From positions 1 through 34,786 of the IMG/VR virus record IMGVR_UViG_3300020045_006313: DNA of 34,786 nucleotides, one strand, 5' to 3'. Source of the DNA: a virus. Taxonomy: Duplodnaviria; Caudoviricetes. Of the stretch, positions 32,463 to 34,786 are shown piece after piece. Each line of letters starts with the position of its first letter. The stretch's first letter is position 1. The notes under the pieces were generated by a model. The model worked only from the letters and a program-made list of their open reading frames with translations. It did no database searches and was not told the DNA's origin. Both the position numbers and the translations under genes were made by a program.

Positions 32463-34786
32463 CCATGTTATTTAGTCGAAGCATTTGAGAAGTAATCCGT
32501 TCGTCGATCGCTGCGATTTCTTTACGCGATGCTTTGCGCTCAATTAGACCACGTTTGATTTTACGTTGACGTGATACATAGCGCGCTGAATTGTTAGCCG
32601 CCCAAATGATTTCACTCAATGGATTTTCTTTTTTAAATTCCTCTACTTCTAATCCATCTTCGCGGCGCCCTTTCAATTCCGTTTCAACTTTGTAAATTTC
32701 CTCAAGGTTTGAATAGAATTTAGCGGACTGTGAAGATTGCCCCGCAGCGTCGCCATAAAAACGGCCAACAAGCGGGATCTTATAAGTTGGTAAATCTTGG
32801 CCAGTAAACAATGCGCTCAATGTTTGATCAACCTTCATCGCCTCGCGCCCTACACCGCCAAATGTTTGGCCAATTAAATAATCAACTTGATCCGGCGTCG
32901 GGCTAAATATCCCCTTGGTGTAATCTGTACCAAATGACAAGTAATTAATTGCGTAAGATATACCGCGGCCTATTGAGCTTGCGCTGTCTTTCACGCGCGT
33001 ATGGCCAGCCGTTTCTTTCAGTGAATTAAAGTCTTTAATGGCAATGTTGCGGCCAGTAAAATCCGTGTTCATTGATAAATCGACGATTGGATCTGCAACC
33101 GTTGGCGCCATGATGTTAAGCGGTGATCCGCTGCCGCCTATCGGGTTGAGTACGTCCATCATCATTGTGATCAAATGCTCAAAACGTTTTGGTGAGTCCT
33201 CAAAGCCTGATAGCGCCCATTCGGTAATGATCCGGCCAAGGTTTGGGATCGCGTTATATCCTAAAGGCATGGGTACGGTTGCATATTTTCGATCAATGCC
33301 GACAAAATCAAGCGGGATCACAATATTGCGATCTTTGATAAATTCCGGCGGTTCGTCATCTTCATAGCCACTTAATGACAATGTTAAGGCCTGCAGCATA
33401 CCTAGTGCCAAGCCGCCGCCCACAATTTGCGCGCCACGGCGTCCTGTGAGCGTTTCAGCAATACGGACGGAGCCTTGCATCGCAGCATTAAAGAATGCAT
33501 ACAGTGAGCCAATGGTGCGGGCTTTATAGCCTTTACGATTAAAGTTGACTGAAATATTCTTGGCAAGGCTGGCCGCTTGCTGCTTAGATAATCCTTGCTC
33601 TTTCGCCACTTTGTACGCGGATAAACGCACCGCATTTTCAAGCGTTTCGTTATAGTCACTTAGCCAGTCAAATACCGGTTTAATGACTTTATCCATGGCG
33701 GCCTGCTCAACGTCGGCCACTTTGCCATTACCAAATGAAACTACCTTGCCGGCCGTCGTTTGTTTCCACCAAGTCGGATCTAGTGCCTTTTTCAATGCGT
33801 CCGTGCGATCGTCGGCATTTTTAAACATATCACGGTACCCAGTTTGTCCGCCCTCGTTTTGAAATTCCTCCCAAAGCTCAACCATTTCTTGCGCTTCTAG
33901 CTTTTGCTTCTGTGTGAATTTACCAAACTGCATAGGATTTTTAACGCCGTTTTGCTTTCTAACGGCCTGATAAATGCCTCTGAGCGCTGGCAGTGTATTT
34001 TTGGCGACTTCTTTTTGCTTGCCGGCGATCTGTGTCGTCGTTAAATTAAGCATTGAGCCTTGAATGTCGCGCGTGATGTTTAATATGCCAAAAATTGGAT
34101 TATATTGCGTGTTCACGCTTGAGAAATAACGCGTAAATTTAGATGCAATTTCTAGCCATTCCTCGGTGCGTGCTAACTCAAGGTTTTTGATCCCTGCGGC
34201 CGTACTCATTGCGCGCTTGTTAAATTCATTAAATACGACGGATTTTTCAACGATCTCGCCTTTTAAGTTTTTAACGCGCGCCACGACTACGTTTGGTTCC
34301 CCTTTGTAATTGCGATCGACAACGCGCTCCATGAGCCCAGTTTTAGGGTTCATTACTTTGATCATGGGTGGATTATCAACCTTCCAAAAATCATCGTTCG
34401 GGTTAAGCTTGGCCATGCCGACTAACGCCGTGGCCACGCGATTTTTTTCACCGCGCACGATGTTTGTTTCGCGCTGCTCAATGATATTGGCCAGTACGTT
34501 GACGACGTTGCGATTAGATCCGAATGCTTGCTTCATGGCGCCGCCACGGACGGAAAAGCCTTGGCCGGTACCATTCCCATATTCGCCGTCCATATCTTCA
34601 CGTTTCAATGGTACGTAATGCTTGTAAGTGCTTTCCCATTGTTTGATCGTGCCGGCGGACTCTAAATCATAGTCGATCAATACTTGATTGTTTTCTTTGT
34701 TCATCGCGTCAACGCGTTTGGCCAACGCTTCAAAGTCGCGCTTTTGATCTGCAGTTAAGCCGGCCAAATATTTGCGCGCGTCCTTG
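32434..34786 (-). CDS. Giant internal virion/DNA-ejection protein, C-terminal part (LPD38-type region); 5'-truncated by window
   Basis: Frame open to the window edge; YKHYVPLKR, YNPIF..NITRD, ENAVRLSAY..AKNISVNFNRKG..LYAFFNA, NTDFTGRNI, SPTPDQVDYLIGQ..GGVG, IPLVGRFY motifs. Confidence 0.8.
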   Translation of the reverse strand, partial: KDARKYLAGLTADQKRDFEALAKRVDAMNKENNQVLIDYDLESAGTIKQWESTYKHYVPLKREDMDGEYGNGTGQGFSVRGGAMKQAFGSNRNVVNVLANIIEQRETNIVRGEKNRVATALVGMAKLNPNDDFWKVDNPPMIKVMNPKTGLMERVVDRNYKGEPNVVVARVKNLKGEIVEKSVVFNEFNKRAMSTAAGIKNLELARTEEWLEIASKFTRYFSSVNTQYNPIFGILNITRDIQGSMLNLTTTQIAGKQKEVAKNTLPALRGIYQAVRKQNGVKNPMQFGKFTQKQKLEAQEMVELWEEFQNEGGQTGYRDMFKNADDRTDALKKALDPTWWKQTTAGKVVSFGNGKVADVEQAAMDKVIKPVFDWLSDYNETLENAVRLSAYKVAKEQGLSKQQAASLAKNISVNFNRKGYKARTIGSLYAFFNAAMQGSVRIAETLTGRRGAQIVGGGLALGMLQALTLSLSGYEDDEPPEFIKDRNIVIPLDFVGIDRKYATVPMPLGYNAIPNLGRIITEWALSGFEDSPKRFEHLITMMMDVLNPIGGSGSPLNIMAPTVADPIVDLSMNTDFTGRNIAIKDFNSLKETAGHTRVKDSASSIGRGISYAINYLSFGTDYTKGIFSPTPDQVDYLIGQTFGGVGREAMKVDQTLSALFTGQDLPTYKIPLVGRFYGDAAGQSSQSAKFYSNLEEIYKVETELKGRREDGLEVEEFKKENPLSEIIWAANNSARYVSRQRKIKRGLIERKASRKEIAAIDERITSQMLRLNNMVKKAGSNSQ

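Larger units (their letters stand above)
1..34786. mobile_element. Temperate tailed phage genome segment (podovirus-like, N4-gp56 capsid group), non-integrated (attP) form
   Basis: Continuous phage modules (head, terminase, replication, cI/cro, recombination, serine integrase) and no host housekeeping genes. attP is intact. The late (-) operon leaves at the left edge and a late-type gene enters at the right edge. Confidence 0.95.

Noticed and set aside
481-34618. Numerous opposite-strand or alternate-frame ORFs in the track (e.g. 966-1361+, 2007-2384+, 9732-10079+, 20681-20950+, 25717-26388-, 33038-33367+)
   Set aside because: Shadows of well-supported genes; no SD, no motifs, antisense-typical composition.
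1-34786. CRISPR array, DGR/retron reverse transcriptase, IS elements, introns/inteins, lysis cassette
   Set aside because: No regularly spaced repeats, RT or transposase motifs, or intein signatures were seen. The 140-256/6722-6838 paralogy is diverged at all base types, unlike an adenine-specific TR/VR pair. No recognisable endolysin or holin in the window.

Overview
The whole window is a temperate podovirus-type tailed phage genome segment, with no host genes. The N4-gp56-family capsid, P22-like portal, CsrA-like gene and LPD38-type giant virion protein resemble Bcep22/DC1-like phages. The SSB and the tRNA target suggest a betaproteobacterial host (inference). Order from left: head and neck late genes (-, 1-12.5 kb, including a glycoside-hydrolase-like protein and a Calx-beta fibre between portal and scaffold); a 4-gene opposite-strand cassette with its own sigma70 promoter (12.7-13.9 kb); terL/terS; nin-like and replication genes (-); a cro/cI switch with CACC-N4-GGTG operators; a RecT/YqaJ/SSB/DUF2303 early operon (+) ending in a LapG-like cysteine protease and a 54-aa ORF; a large serine integrase (-); and the 3' end of a giant virion protein gene (-). 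Best-supported discovery: an intact attP (17/20-bp inverted arms around a central GT) lies inside the 3' end of the integrase gene and carries the 3' end of tRNA-Glu. The DNA is therefore in the excised or virion form, and integration should rewrite the integrase C-terminus. A candidate RDF ends inside attP. Other notable signals: a LapG-like protease together with LapA-like Calx-beta repeats, an apparently circularly permuted domain shared by two virion genes, a thrice-repeated late-promoter motif, and an SD-occluding capsid leader next to the CsrA-like gene. All family assignments come from motif recognition by eye; no database searches were run.
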